Source: an uncultured Bacilli bacterium
GTDB lineage: Bacteria; Bacillota_I; Bacilli_A; RF39; UBA660
Reading direction: 5' to 3'
DNA: 43,541 nt
NCBI GenBank assembly: GCA_947628075.1
Contig: CANQYF010000002.1
Span: 1-43,541, forward strand
Shown here: in pieces, positions 34,174 through 43,541 of the stretch
Position numbering within the stretch: position 1 is the first letter of the stretch
Layout of the letters: every line of letters starts with the position of its first letter
The notes under the pieces: model-generated
Database searches by the model: none
The model's input: the letters and a program-made list of their open reading frames with translations, nothing else
What the model was told of the DNA's origin: nothing
Made by a program: the position numbers and the translations under genes

Positions 34174-35727
34174 ATGAACTACAAAGTTTTATATAGAAAA
34201 TATCGGCCTGATTGTTTTGAAAATATTGTGGGTCAGGATTATATAATAAAAACTCTTCAAAATTCTGTTCTTAATAACAATATTTCACATGCTTATATTT
34301 TTTCGGGACCTCGTGGTACGGGAAAAACAAGTACCGCTAAAGTTTTTGCTAAAGCCATTAATTGTTTAGATCCAGTTAATGGATCGCCGTGTGGTAAATG
34401 TGAATTTTGTCAAAATTTTCAAGAAAACCCGGACATTATTGAGATAGATGCCGCATCTAACAATGGTGTAGATGAAATAAGAACATTAATTGACAATATT
34501 AAATTAATGCCCACAAACGGCAAATATAAAGTTTATATTATAGATGAAGTTCATATGTTAACAACAAGTGCTTTTAATGCCTTATTATTAACATTAGAAG
34601 AGCCACCTTCTCATACAATTTTTATTTTGGCAACAACCAACATTGAAAATGTACCGATTACTATATTATCTAGGTGTCAAAGATTCGACTTTCAAAAAAT
34701 TAAAGTTGAAGATATAGTTAAAAGATTAGAATATATATGCGATATAGAAAATATAAAAGCTACTCCCGAGGCGTTGAAAGAAATTGCCTATTTAGCTGAA
34801 GGCGGTTTAAGGGATGCTTTAAGCTTATTAGATCAATTATCAAAGACAAATCAAGAATTAACCTTAGAATTAATTGATAAGGAAGTAAAAACCTTATCGG
34901 AAAGCGAAATTATTGATTTATTAAATGTTATTGAAGATAATGATGTAGAACAATTTTTAGAACATTTGCAAGATTACGAGCAAAGAGCAATTGATTATAA
35001 AAGTTTTGTTAAAAAATTTACTGATGTGGCTAGTAATCGAGCCAAAAACATCAAAAAGTCCGGTAACTTTAGAAGATTAACTTTTTCTGATTATAAAAAA
35101 ATAATTTTAGAATTGTCTGATAGTATAACAAAAATTAATATAAATGTAGAACCTTATACAATATTAGAAATGATACTTCTGGATTATTTTAATACAGATA
35201 CAAAAGCAAATGAAATAGCTGAAATAAAAGAAGAAAAAAATATTGAAGAAAAGCCAAATAATATAGTGGATAACAGTAGTGACGAAAAAATGAAAGAACT
35301 TATTAATATTAGAATCAATAATTGTTTTGTAAATGTGCAAAAAAAGTATTTAGAACAAATCAAAAATGATATTAATAATTATTTGAATTCTATAAGTATT
35401 GATGGTAAAATAAAAACAATTCTTCTAGATTCTGAAGTAGTTGCGGCATCCGATACTAATTTAATATTTGCTTGTAGTAGTGAGAAAAAAGCTGATACCG
35501 CTAATAAAAAATTAAATTTTATTGAAGATGGTCTGGAGAAGGGAATAGGAAAAGCTTATAAGATAATATTTTTAAATCAAAATGTTTGGCTGAAAGAAAA
35601 AAATAGGTATATTGAAAACTTAAAAAATAAAATCAAATATAAGATAATTCCTGAACCTGAAATAAGTGAAAAAGAGAATTTTCAAATTAATGATGTATTT
35701 GAAATTTCAAAAGTTGAGATTATTTAA
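34174..35727 (+). CDS. dnaX: DNA polymerase III subunits gamma/tau
   Basis: The 517 aa ORF has Walker A GPRGTGKTS, the zinc module CGKCEFC and the SRC motif (LSRCQRF). Confidence 0.96.
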   Translation: MNYKVLYRKYRPDCFENIVGQDYIIKTLQNSVLNNNISHAYIFSGPRGTGKTSTAKVFAKAINCLDPVNGSPCGKCEFCQNFQENPDIIEIDAASNNGVDEIRTLIDNIKLMPTNGKYKVYIIDEVHMLTTSAFNALLLTLEEPPSHTIFILATTNIENVPITILSRCQRFDFQKIKVEDIVKRLEYICDIENIKATPEALKEIAYLAEGGLRDALSLLDQLSKTNQELTLELIDKEVKTLSESEIIDLLNVIEDNDVEQFLEHLQDYEQRAIDYKSFVKKFTDVASNRAKNIKKSGNFRRLTFSDYKKIILELSDSITKININVEPYTILEMILLDYFNTDTKANEIAEIKEEKNIEEKPNNIVDNSSDEKMKELINIRINNCFVNVQKKYLEQIKNDINNYLNSISIDGKIKTILLDSEVVAASDTNLIFACSSEKKADTANKKLNFIEDGLEKGIGKAYKIIFLNQNVWLKEKNRYIENLKNKIKYKIIPEPEISEKENFQINDVFEISKVEII

Positions 35728-35742
35728 GAGGAGGTGATAGAG

Positions 35743-36042
35743 ATGAATATGCAAAATTTAATGGCACAAGCGCAAAAATTACAAAGAGATATAACAGCCA
35801 AAAAAGAAGAATTAGAAAAAATGGAATTTGTTGGTAAATCTGAATGGGTTGAAGTAACATTTACTGGGGGCAAAGTAATCAAAAATGTAAAAATTATTAA
35901 AGAAGACGATATTGACGATGATGAAAAGGAAATATTAGAAGATATGATCCAAATAGCAATAAAAGATGCTTTTATTCAAATAAATAGAGCAATGGAAGAA
36001 AAATTAGGCCAATATGCTGGGGCTTTAGATGGGTTAATGTAA
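35743..36042 (+). CDS. ybaB: Nucleoid-associated protein YbaB/EbfC
   Basis: The start is ATG 35743, after GAGGAGGTGAT (MNMQNLMAQAQKLQ...). It sits between dnaX and recR as in most bacteria. Confidence 0.92.
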   Translation: MNMQNLMAQAQKLQRDITAKKEELEKMEFVGKSEWVEVTFTGGKVIKNVKIIKEDDIDDDEKEILEDMIQIAIKDAFIQINRAMEEKLGQYAGALDGLM

Positions 36043-36043
36043 T

Positions 36044-36646
36044 ATGATATATCCTGAATTATTGCAAAAATTAATCAATTATTATAAAAAATTTCCTGGT
36101 GTTGGTGAAAAATCCGCTGAACGAATGGCTTTAGCTACAATAGAATTAGATAGCAAAGATGTAGATGATTTTTCACAAATTCTAAAAGACGCCAAAGCAA
36201 AATTACATCCATGTAAAATATGTGGTCAACTAACGGAGAATGAAATATGTAATATATGTAATAATCCCCAACGTGACAAAAACTTAATTTGCGTTATTGA
36301 AGATTATAAAAGTGTCTTTTCCTTTGAAAAAGTGGGCAATTTCCAAGGAGTATATCATGTATTAAATGGTTTAATTTCTCCGATGGATAGTATTGGCCCT
36401 GAAGATATTAATATATCTTCCTTAGTTAAAAGAGTAAATGAATTAGAAAATCCAGAATTAATTTTAGCTCTTAAATCTTCCGTAGAGGGAGAAACAACGA
36501 CACTATATATTAAAAAAATATTTGAAAACAAGAAGGTAACGATATCTAGATTATCTTATGGAATTCCTATGGGTGCTGAAATAGATTATTTAGATATAAT
36601 TACACTTGATAAAGCATTAGAAGATCGCAAAAAAATATCTGAATAA
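36044..36646 (+). CDS. recR: Recombination protein RecR
   Basis: The 200 aa ORF has a helix-hairpin-helix (FPGVGEKSAERMA), a C4 zinc finger (CKICG...CNIC) and a Toprim domain. Confidence 0.96.
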   Translation: MIYPELLQKLINYYKKFPGVGEKSAERMALATIELDSKDVDDFSQILKDAKAKLHPCKICGQLTENEICNICNNPQRDKNLICVIEDYKSVFSFEKVGNFQGVYHVLNGLISPMDSIGPEDINISSLVKRVNELENPELILALKSSVEGETTTLYIKKIFENKKVTISRLSYGIPMGAEIDYLDIITLDKALEDRKKISE

Positions 36647-36683
36647 AAAAGCTCAAATTTAATATACTTTAGTGGTGATATAA

Positions 36684-36872
36684 ATGAAAAATAAGCTAGG
36701 ATCACTTTTAAAAAAAATAGTGTTTGGCTTTGGAATTATCTATGGAATAAACGTTATGCTAAAAAATGTAGGTGTATATTTACCAATAAATATTATAACT
36801 GTCGGAATAACATCGTTTTTAGGAGTTCCTGGTTTATTATCATTATTTGCAATCTTCTATATTATTAATTAG
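36684..36872 (+). CDS. bofA: BofA-family small membrane protein (pro-sigma-K processing inhibitor family)
   Basis: The 62 aa ORF reads GVYLPINIITVGITSFLGVPGLLSLF, resembling B. subtilis BofA GIHVPINLVTTAISGILGIPG as I recall it. It lies after recR, matching Bacillus synteny. Confidence 0.65.
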   Translation: MKNKLGSLLKKIVFGFGIIYGINVMLKNVGVYLPINIITVGITSFLGVPGLLSLFAIFYIIN

Positions 36873-37755
36873 GAGGTTTATTATAAATAGTAGTGAGTTA
36901 GAAAATTTAATTAATTATTATAGAGACGGCAAATTAGCTCATGCTTATTTAATATCTACGAATAATATAGATAAATGTAAGGAAGTTCTTTTAAAAGTTA
37001 TAAAGAACATTTTTTGCGTTTTAGAATATTCTCAAAATTGTAATAAGTGTTCTTTATGTCATTTAATTGATATCAATACATTGCCAAGTTTAAGAATAAT
37101 TTATCCAGATGGTAATTTTATAAAAAAAGACCAAATATTAGAATTAAAGAATCTTTTTGCTAAAGCATCGCAATTTACGAAAGAGTCAATATACATTATT
37201 GTTAATGCTGAAAAAATGAATAAAGAAGCCGCTAATACTATGCTTAAATTTTTAGAAGAACCACAAGGTAATGTTATAGGATTCTTTATTACTAATCATA
37301 AAGAAAATATAATGCCTACCATTAGTAGTAGGTGTCAGTTATTAAAGTTAAATTTTGCGACAGAATTATATGATCAATTGGGCATTTCTTTAGAAAAATA
37401 TAATGAATATGAAGAAGTGGTAAAAAATTATTTATCCAAAATAGAAACGGAAAAAAGTAAGTCTATATTATATAATGGAGAATACTTAAGTAACTATGAA
37501 AAAGAAGACATTAAGGTAATATTTCAAATTATATTAAAAAAATATTTAAGTGTTCTAGAAAATAAATTATTGAAACGGGAAACTCAAAATATTTCAGATT
37601 ATACATTTCTAAATCAATTAAATATAGATAATTTAAAGAAAAAAATAAATCTTATAATCGAAATTTTAAATGAAATAAATTATAATATAAATGTAAATCT
37701 AATGTTAGATAAATTTGTCATAGAAATGGATGGAATAAATAATGAAAGTATATAG
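36847..37755 (+). CDS. holB: DNA polymerase III delta' subunit
   Basis: It has AAA+ clamp-loader features (GKLAHAYLIS, SRCQLL). Coordinates are the maximal ORF from TTG 36847, which has no SD. A strong AGGAGG at 36871-36876 is followed in frame only by ATT 36880 and ATA 36883, so the true start is probably non-canonical. Confidence 0.8.
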   Translation: MQSSILLIRRFIINSSELENLINYYRDGKLAHAYLISTNNIDKCKEVLLKVIKNIFCVLEYSQNCNKCSLCHLIDINTLPSLRIIYPDGNFIKKDQILELKNLFAKASQFTKESIYIIVNAEKMNKEAANTMLKFLEEPQGNVIGFFITNHKENIMPTISSRCQLLKLNFATELYDQLGISLEKYNEYEEVVKNYLSKIETEKSKSILYNGEYLSNYEKEDIKVIFQIILKKYLSVLENKLLKRETQNISDYTFLNQLNIDNLKKKINLIIEILNEINYNINVNLMLDKFVIEMDGINNESI

Positions 37756-38524
37756 TGTTATATTTAAAACTAATGGAAAAGAATATTATTTTAACGGTGA
37801 AGATACTATTAAAGTTGGAGATTATGTAGTAGTAGAAACGGAAAAAGGACAACAATATGGTCAAGTAAATAGCATCATACAAGAAGATGCTTCCGATAAA
37901 TATAAAAATATTATTAGAATAGCTACTAAAGAAGATGAAGAAGAATATTATAAAATATTAAAAGAAACCAATGAAGCTTTAATTAAATGTAAGGAGTTTG
38001 TAAAAAAATTAGGTTTAAATATGAATGTTATTAGTGCAGATTTTAATTTTGATAAATCTCAGTTGTTATTTAATTTTGTGTCTGAGGAAAGAGTTGATTT
38101 TCGAGAACTTGCTAAAAAGCTTGCAAGTGTATATCATACCCGTATTGAACTACGCCAAATAGGAGCTCGTGATAAAGCTAAAGAAGTAGGAGGCGTTGGA
38201 GTATGCGGGCAAAAAATATGTTGTGGACGTTTTTTAAATCATATTGAGGCTATTTCAATGAATATGGCAAAAAACCAAAATTTAGCACTTAACCCATCCA
38301 AAATTAATGGTCTATGTGGAAGACTTTTATGTTGCTTACAATATGAAGATGAAAATTATGTTGAACTTGGAAAAGGGATGCCTGACATTGGTGAAACTTA
38401 TAAAACGCAAAATGGTGAGGGAAAAGTTATAAGCGTAGATGTTTTAAATAGAAGATGTAAAGTTTTAATTGGTAGTAATAAAGAAGAAATTGAGATACCT
38501 TATGAAGAAGAAAGTACTAAATGA
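37742..38524 (+). CDS. yaaT: PSP1-domain protein YaaT/RicT
   Basis: The 260 aa ORF has a Cys cluster (GVCGQKICCGRFL...LCGRLLCCLQYE). It follows holB as in Bacillus. Confidence 0.88.
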   Translation: MKVYSVIFKTNGKEYYFNGEDTIKVGDYVVVETEKGQQYGQVNSIIQEDASDKYKNIIRIATKEDEEEYYKILKETNEALIKCKEFVKKLGLNMNVISADFNFDKSQLLFNFVSEERVDFRELAKKLASVYHTRIELRQIGARDKAKEVGGVGVCGQKICCGRFLNHIEAISMNMAKNQNLALNPSKINGLCGRLLCCLQYEDENYVELGKGMPDIGETYKTQNGEGKVISVDVLNRRCKVLIGSNKEEIEIPYEEESTK

Positions 38525-39218
38525 TTTATTTGATTATGGTTTGAAAATATATCAAATACCTGGTTATTTTAAATTTTCCTTAGATTCAATTCTTTTAGCA
38601 GAATATGTAAAAATTACAAATAAGACTACTAAAATTCTTGATTTATGTTGTGGAAATGCCTCTATTCCATTAATCTTATCTACTAAAACAAAAGCTTTTA
38701 TGGAAGGGGTTGAAATTCAAAAAGAAATATATGATTTAGCTATCGAAAGTATTCATTTTAATAAATTAGATGACCAAATAAAGATGTATAATGCTAATGT
38801 TACCGATATATCTAACTGGTTAAAAGGGAAAAAATATGATATAATCACATGCAATCCCCCATATTTCAAAGTAGATAGTAAAGATTATATAAATGACGAA
38901 ACGACTTTAGCAATTGCTAGACATGAAATTAAAGCCACTTTAGAAGATATTTTTAAAGTAGTAACTTCGTTTTTAAATACAAAAGGGGAATTTTATTTAG
39001 TACATCGGGCTAGCCGATTAGATGAAATAATAAATTTGGGTTATAAATATAACTTAAATGTTAAAAATATTGAACTTATTAAAACTAAGGAAAATAGTGT
39101 TCCTTATATTGTCTTAGTAAGATGTGTAAAAGATTCTAATAGTGGGCTTAAAATTAATGATGTTAAATGTATAGAAAATTTAAAAACTTATAAAAACTTG
39201 TTCAAGGAGGCAAAATGA
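38502..39218 (+). CDS. Class I SAM-dependent N6-adenine methyltransferase (YabB/TrmN6-like)
   Basis: The likely start is ATG 38502 (MKKKVLNDLFDY...). It has the SAM motif ILDLCCGNA and the NPPY motif (CNPPYF). Confidence 0.8.
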   Translation: MKKKVLNDLFDYGLKIYQIPGYFKFSLDSILLAEYVKITNKTTKILDLCCGNASIPLILSTKTKAFMEGVEIQKEIYDLAIESIHFNKLDDQIKMYNANVTDISNWLKGKKYDIITCNPPYFKVDSKDYINDETTLAIARHEIKATLEDIFKVVTSFLNTKGEFYLVHRASRLDEIINLGYKYNLNVKNIELIKTKENSVPYIVLVRCVKDSNSGLKINDVKCIENLKTYKNLFKEAK

Positions 39219-39736
39219 AATTGATAGTAGGGCTAGGCAATCCTGGTCGAGAATATAAAAATACTAGACATAATATTGGTTATATGGTATTAGATAACTA
39301 TTTAGGTAAAGTAGAGTGGAAAAATAAAATGGAATCTTATTTTTATTCTATCGAAATAAATGGTGAAACTGTAATTTTTCTAAAACCAATTACTTATATG
39401 AATTTATCAGGTTTAGCTGTAAATAAAGTAGTTAATTTTTATAAAATAAAAATAGAAGATATTCTTATTATTCAAGATGATTTAGATCTTCCATTAGGAA
39501 CTTATAAAATAAAGAAAAATAGTTCTTCTGGTGGCCATAATGGCATAAAATCAATTATTTCTGAATTAAATACACAAGAATTTGGCAGATTAAAAATAGG
39601 TATAGGGAAAAATAATAATATACCAACTGATAAATATGTTTTAAGCAAATTTTCTCTCGAAGAATTAAAAATTATTAATGATAATATGGAAGAATATAAA
39701 GTAATTATTCGAGATTTTATTGAAAAAGGTATATAG
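39215..39736 (+). CDS. pth: Peptidyl-tRNA hydrolase
   Basis: The 173 aa ORF reads MKLIVGLGNPGREYKNTRHNIGY...GGHNGIKS. Confidence 0.96.
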   Translation: MKLIVGLGNPGREYKNTRHNIGYMVLDNYLGKVEWKNKMESYFYSIEINGETVIFLKPITYMNLSGLAVNKVVNFYKIKIEDILIIQDDLDLPLGTYKIKKNSSSGGHNGIKSIISELNTQEFGRLKIGIGKNNNIPTDKYVLSKFSLEELKIINDNMEEYKVIIRDFIEKGI

Positions 39737-39756
39737 TTTAAATATTAGGAGTTAAA

Positions 39757-42700
39757 ATGAATTTAGATTCGTATTTTAATTTTACAAATGGTAGTACTAC
39801 ATATGGGTTAACTAATGAGTTAATTGCTTTTTACGTGGAAAAATTATATAAAGAATCTAAAAAAAACATCATAGTAGTAGCTAGTAATTTATATGAGTGT
39901 AATAAATTATATAATGAAATAAAAAATCATCTTGATAATACCGAAATTTTTCCTATGGATGATTTTATTACGTCCAAAATGTTAGCAAAATCTCCAGAAT
40001 TTGAGTTAGGAAGATTAAATGTTTTAGATAAAATTTCTCAAAATCAATTAGTTGTTGTGACAAATTTAATGGGTTATTTAAAATATTTACCTCAAAAAGG
40101 TACGGATGAAAAAATAAAGTTAACTAAAAATCAAGAAATTAATCGTGAAGAATTAATTAAAAAGTTAGATTTATTTGGCTATAAAAGAGAATCTTTAGTA
40201 ACAACATCTGGTGAATATTCTTTAAGAGGTTTTATAATAGACGTTTATCTTATTAATGAACTTCACCCTATTAGAATTGAATTATTTGATAATTTGATTG
40301 AATCAATTCGTTATTTTGATGAAAATACGCAAAGAACTATTAAAGAAATAGATGAAATAAATATAAAACCTTTTCAAGAAGTTATAACTGATAAGAAAAG
40401 TTCGTTATATGATTATTCTAAAGATGCTATAGTCATTTATTTAAATAAAGAACAAATTAATGTTAGTTATAATAAACTATGTGAAGAAATAGTAGATTAT
40501 AATAGAGAAAATAATTCCAATGAAAAATACATGTATGAATTAAATGAAATAAATCCCAAGTATGAATTATTTATAGATAATATTACTAATCCAACTGATA
40601 CAATTGCAAAAGAAATCCTGCCTTTTAATGAAAATTTTGAATTATTAAAAGATAATTATTTTAAATGGCAAAAAGAAAATAAAAAAATATATTTTTATTT
40701 ATCAAAAGATAAGGAAATTAAAACAATAAAAAGCTTAATTCCAAGCGCTAATATAATAAAACAAAAAATAAATAAAGGTTTTATTTATAAAGATATAGTA
40801 TGTATTTCAGAAAACGATATTGGAGTACAAAGTAATCCTGTAACTCAATATAAAAACAATTTACATATAGGTAAAAAAATAAAAAGTTATAATGATTTAG
40901 AAAAAGGTGATTACATAGTTCATATAAATCACGGAATTGGAATTTATAATGGGTTAGTTACTTTAGTTAAAGATGGGTTAAAAAAAGATTATATTCAACT
41001 TTTATATGAAGGAAATGATAAAATATATATTCCGGTCGAAAAAATTAATTCCATCTATAAATATTCAGATAAAGACGGAGCAACACCTAAATTAAATAGG
41101 CTTAATTCAACTAATTGGGAAAAAACAAAAACATATATTAAGAAAAAAGCTAAAGATATATCAAAAGAATTATTAGATTTATATGCGAAAAGAGCTGCTA
41201 TTACCAAAACACCATATAAAGATTATGAAGAAGAAAAAATATTTGCTAGTTCTTTTGCTTATGAAGAGACAAAAGATCAAACTAAGGCTATTTTAGAAAT
41301 AAGTAGAGATTTAAATAGTAAAGTTCCTATGGATAGATTGTTATGTGGTGATGTTGGTTTTGGTAAAACGGAAGTTGCTATGCGAGCTATTTTTAAAACA
41401 GTTATAAATAATAAACAAGTTATGTATTTATGTCCAACTACTATTCTTTCTAAACAACAATATAATGTAATTAAAGAAAGATTTAAAGATGAGCCAGTGG
41501 AAATAAGATTATTAAATAGATTTACTACTTTAAAAGAACAAAAATATATATTAGATGGTTTAGAAAAAGGAACAATTGATATTTTAGTAGGTACTCATCG
41601 TATCTTAAGTGATGATATTCATCCTAAAAATTTAGGTTTATTAATTATTGACGAAGAGCAACGTTTTGGGGTTAAACATAAAGAAAAAATAAAAGAATTA
41701 AAAACGGACGTTAATGTGCTTACATTATCAGCAACCCCTATTCCAAGAACATTAAAGATGGCTTTGGCAGGCTTAAGAGATTTATCGATTATAGATACAC
41801 CCCCAATTAACAGATATCCAGTTCAAACTTATGTTGTAGAAGAACAAGATTTATTAATAAAGGATGCGATTTATAAAGAATTATCTCGTAAAGGACAAGT
41901 GTTTATCTTAAATAATCGAATTGAAAAATTAGAAGAACTTCAATTGCATATTAATTCTTTAGTACCCGAAGCGAGAATTGGTTATGCTCATGGGCAAATG
42001 ACTAAAGAAGAATTAGAAATGGTAATGGAAAGATTCATAAACTATGAATATGATATCTTAATTTGTACAACAATTATAGAAAATGGAATAGATATTTCTA
42101 ATGCTAATACTTTGATTGTTTATGATGCCGATAATTTTGGCTTATCGCAATTGTATCAAATAAGAGGAAGAGTAGGAAGAAGTGACCGGATTGCCTATGC
42201 ATATCTTTTATATAATAAAAAGAAATTATTAAATGAGGTTGCAGTCAAAAGATTACAAGCTATAAAAGAATTTACAGAACTTGGAAGCGGTTATAAAATT
42301 GCAATGCGAGATTTAGCTTTACGGGGAGCAGGAGATATATTTGGAAGTGATCAAGCTGGTTTTGTCGATTCAGTAGGTATATCTTTATATATGAAATTAA
42401 TTGAAGATGAATTAAAAAAGGCTAAAGGGGAGTATGTGGAAGATGAGGAAGAAGATAATAAAAATTTAATTGAGGTTTCAACCCACATAAAAGATGATTA
42501 TGTAAGTGATGAGGATATTAAAATAGAAATTCATCAAAAGATTAATGAAATAGATTCTCTAGACAAATTAAAGCAAGTAAAAGAAGAATTAGAAGACCGG
42601 TTTGGTAAAATTGACAAAGATATGGAAATATATATGTATGAAGAGTGGTTTACTAATCTTTGTAAAATGTTAAATATTACGAAAATTAATAAAACTGAAA

Positions 42701-42903
42701 GATATATAGAGATAACTTTACCGGAAGAGTTATCTAGTCATATCAAAGGAGATAAATTATTATTTGAAACAATGAATATATCTAATAAATTTAATATAAA
42801 GTATATTCATAATAATATAATAATTACCTTATTCTATAAAAGTTTAAATGACCATTATATTTACTTTTTAGTAAAACTTTTAGTAGCTATTAAAGATAAC
42901 TAG
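39757..42903 (+). CDS. mfd: Transcription-repair coupling factor
   Basis: The 1048 aa ORF has Walker A GDVGFGKTEVA, DEEQRFG and helicase motif VI (QLYQIRGRVGRS). It follows pth as in Bacillus. Confidence 0.96.
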   Translation: MNLDSYFNFTNGSTTYGLTNELIAFYVEKLYKESKKNIIVVASNLYECNKLYNEIKNHLDNTEIFPMDDFITSKMLAKSPEFELGRLNVLDKISQNQLVVVTNLMGYLKYLPQKGTDEKIKLTKNQEINREELIKKLDLFGYKRESLVTTSGEYSLRGFIIDVYLINELHPIRIELFDNLIESIRYFDENTQRTIKEIDEINIKPFQEVITDKKSSLYDYSKDAIVIYLNKEQINVSYNKLCEEIVDYNRENNSNEKYMYELNEINPKYELFIDNITNPTDTIAKEILPFNENFELLKDNYFKWQKENKKIYFYLSKDKEIKTIKSLIPSANIIKQKINKGFIYKDIVCISENDIGVQSNPVTQYKNNLHIGKKIKSYNDLEKGDYIVHINHGIGIYNGLVTLVKDGLKKDYIQLLYEGNDKIYIPVEKINSIYKYSDKDGATPKLNRLNSTNWEKTKTYIKKKAKDISKELLDLYAKRAAITKTPYKDYEEEKIFASSFAYEETKDQTKAILEISRDLNSKVPMDRLLCGDVGFGKTEVAMRAIFKTVINNKQVMYLCPTTILSKQQYNVIKERFKDEPVEIRLLNRFTTLKEQKYILDGLEKGTIDILVGTHRILSDDIHPKNLGLLIIDEEQRFGVKHKEKIKELKTDVNVLTLSATPIPRTLKMALAGLRDLSIIDTPPINRYPVQTYVVEEQDLLIKDAIYKELSRKGQVFILNNRIEKLEELQLHINSLVPEARIGYAHGQMTKEELEMVMERFINYEYDILICTTIIENGIDISNANTLIVYDADNFGLSQLYQIRGRVGRSDRIAYAYLLYNKKKLLNEVAVKRLQAIKEFTELGSGYKIAMRDLALRGAGDIFGSDQAGFVDSVGISLYMKLIEDELKKAKGEYVEDEEEDNKNLIEVSTHIKDDYVSDEDIKIEIHQKINEIDSLDKLKQVKEELEDRFGKIDKDMEIYMYEEWFTNLCKMLNITKINKTERYIEITLPEELSSHIKGDKLLFETMNISNKFNIKYIHNNIIITLFYKSLNDHYIYFLVKLLVAIKDN

Positions 42904-42950
42904 TATAAATAATCTAAATTTATTCACACTAATAAAAGGAGTGTGTAGTT

Positions 42951-43460
42951 ATGAGTAAAAGTGGAATTACTAGAAGAATCGATGAATTAGGAAGAATTGT
43001 AGTTCCAAAAGAAATAAGATATAACTTAGGTATTCGCGATGGTGAGCCTTTAGAAATTTATACTAGTGATAATTCCATCATTATAAAGAAATATTCCCAT
43101 GTGGAGAATATAAAAGATTTAGGTAAAATTATTTGTGATATAGTTAGTGATGCGTGTAATGTTGGTGTAATGATAAGTGATAGAGAAAAAATAATTGCTA
43201 CTAGTGATAATTTAAAAGAATTACAAAATAGTTCTTTAGAAGAAAAATATAAAAAATTAATTGATAATCGAGAAACATATAAAAAAGATAGTAAAGAAAT
43301 TAATTTTAATAAAAATTGTTATTTTACTATATTACCTATTATTACCTCAACTGATTGTAATGGCTTAGTCTTTATTTTAAGTGATACGTTACAAAACGAA
43401 AATTTAAATTATGCTAAAATAGTTCAAAAATTATTAGTTCAAAAATTAGATGTTAATTAA
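42951..43460 (+). CDS. spoVT: AbrB-family regulator SpoVT-like (SpoVT-AbrB N-domain + GAF-like C-domain)
   Basis: It reads GITRRIDELGRIVVPKEIRYNLGIRDGEPLEIY. The 169 aa length and the position after mfd match B. subtilis spoVT. Confidence 0.8.
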   Translation: MSKSGITRRIDELGRIVVPKEIRYNLGIRDGEPLEIYTSDNSIIIKKYSHVENIKDLGKIICDIVSDACNVGVMISDREKIIATSDNLKELQNSSLEEKYKKLIDNRETYKKDSKEINFNKNCYFTILPIITSTDCNGLVFILSDTLQNENLNYAKIVQKLLVQKLDVN

Positions 43461-43472
43461 AACATCTTTTTT
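43448..43472 (+). terminator. Weak AT-rich terminator hairpin after spoVT
   Basis: AGATGTT-aattaa-AACATCT followed by TTTTTTG. Confidence 0.4.
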
Positions 43473-43481
43473 GTATGAGAA

Positions 43482-43504
43482 AACCCCCAGATAGTCTGGG
43501 GGTT
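43482..43504 (-). terminator. GC-rich hairpin, likely the terminator of a convergent gene beyond the window end
   Basis: AACCCCCAG-atagt-CTGGGGGTT. The T-rich tract (TTTCTCAT) follows only on the minus strand. Confidence 0.45.
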
Positions 43505-43541
43505 CAGTAAAGCTTAAGCGATAAGTTGAAAAGAAAAACTC

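Noticed and set aside
1-43541. The possibility that this AT-rich genome uses the Mollicutes code (TGA = Trp).
   Set aside because: All conserved housekeeping proteins translate at full length with the standard code. Trp is encoded by TGG, and TGA is used as a stop, for example in the ORF ending at 11297. A class A PBP also indicates a walled organism.

Overview
This window is the chromosomal replication-origin region of a very AT-rich (by eye about one quarter G+C), standard-genetic-code, wall-bearing Firmicutes-type bacterium. oriC sits between rpmH and dnaA (about 23.7-24.1 kb), and a second DnaA-box cluster lies between dnaA and dnaN. Genes left of oriC are almost all on the minus strand: fusA (partial), rpsG, rpsL, rplL, rplJ, rplA, rplK, an accessory patch with a TetR operon and a BspA-like surface protein, prmC, prfA, a CDF transporter, rpoE, a Noc-like parB, rsmG, mnmG, mnmE, jag, yidC, rnpA and rpmH. 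Genes right of oriC are all on the plus strand: dnaA, dnaN, a ComK-like gene, recF, gyrB, gyrA, ffs, tadA, dnaX, ybaB, recR, bofA, holB, yaaT, a YabB-like methyltransferase, pth, mfd and spoVT. The most unusual feature is the 0.84 kb non-coding gyrA-tadA gap. It holds four perfect parS palindromes (TGTTTCACGTGAAACA) interleaved with three perfect Noc-binding-site palindromes (TATTTCCCGGGAAATA), three times as tight pairs 23-25 bp apart centre to centre. A fourth NBS lies just after dnaN. The only ParB-family gene in the window looks Noc-like, has no adjacent parA, and lacks an obvious N-terminal membrane helix. Other points worth a second look are listed here.
- A 111-codon open frame upstream of rpoE has a near-perfect Shine-Dalgarno sequence and its own promoter but only an ATT start, and it is absent from the ORF track.
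- holB probably also uses an ATT or ATA start.
- A G8 tract sits in the promoter spacer of the BspA-like surface protein gene and may act as a phase-variation switch.
- An L33-like zinc-ribbon ORF is wedged between prfA and prmC and overlaps both.
- Ribosomal protein L11 carries a 60-residue acidic C-terminal tail.
- rpoB and rpoC are missing between rplL and rpsL, replaced by a prepilin-like gene and a small membrane protein gene.
No rRNA genes, tRNA genes, CRISPR arrays, transposases or integrases were seen.
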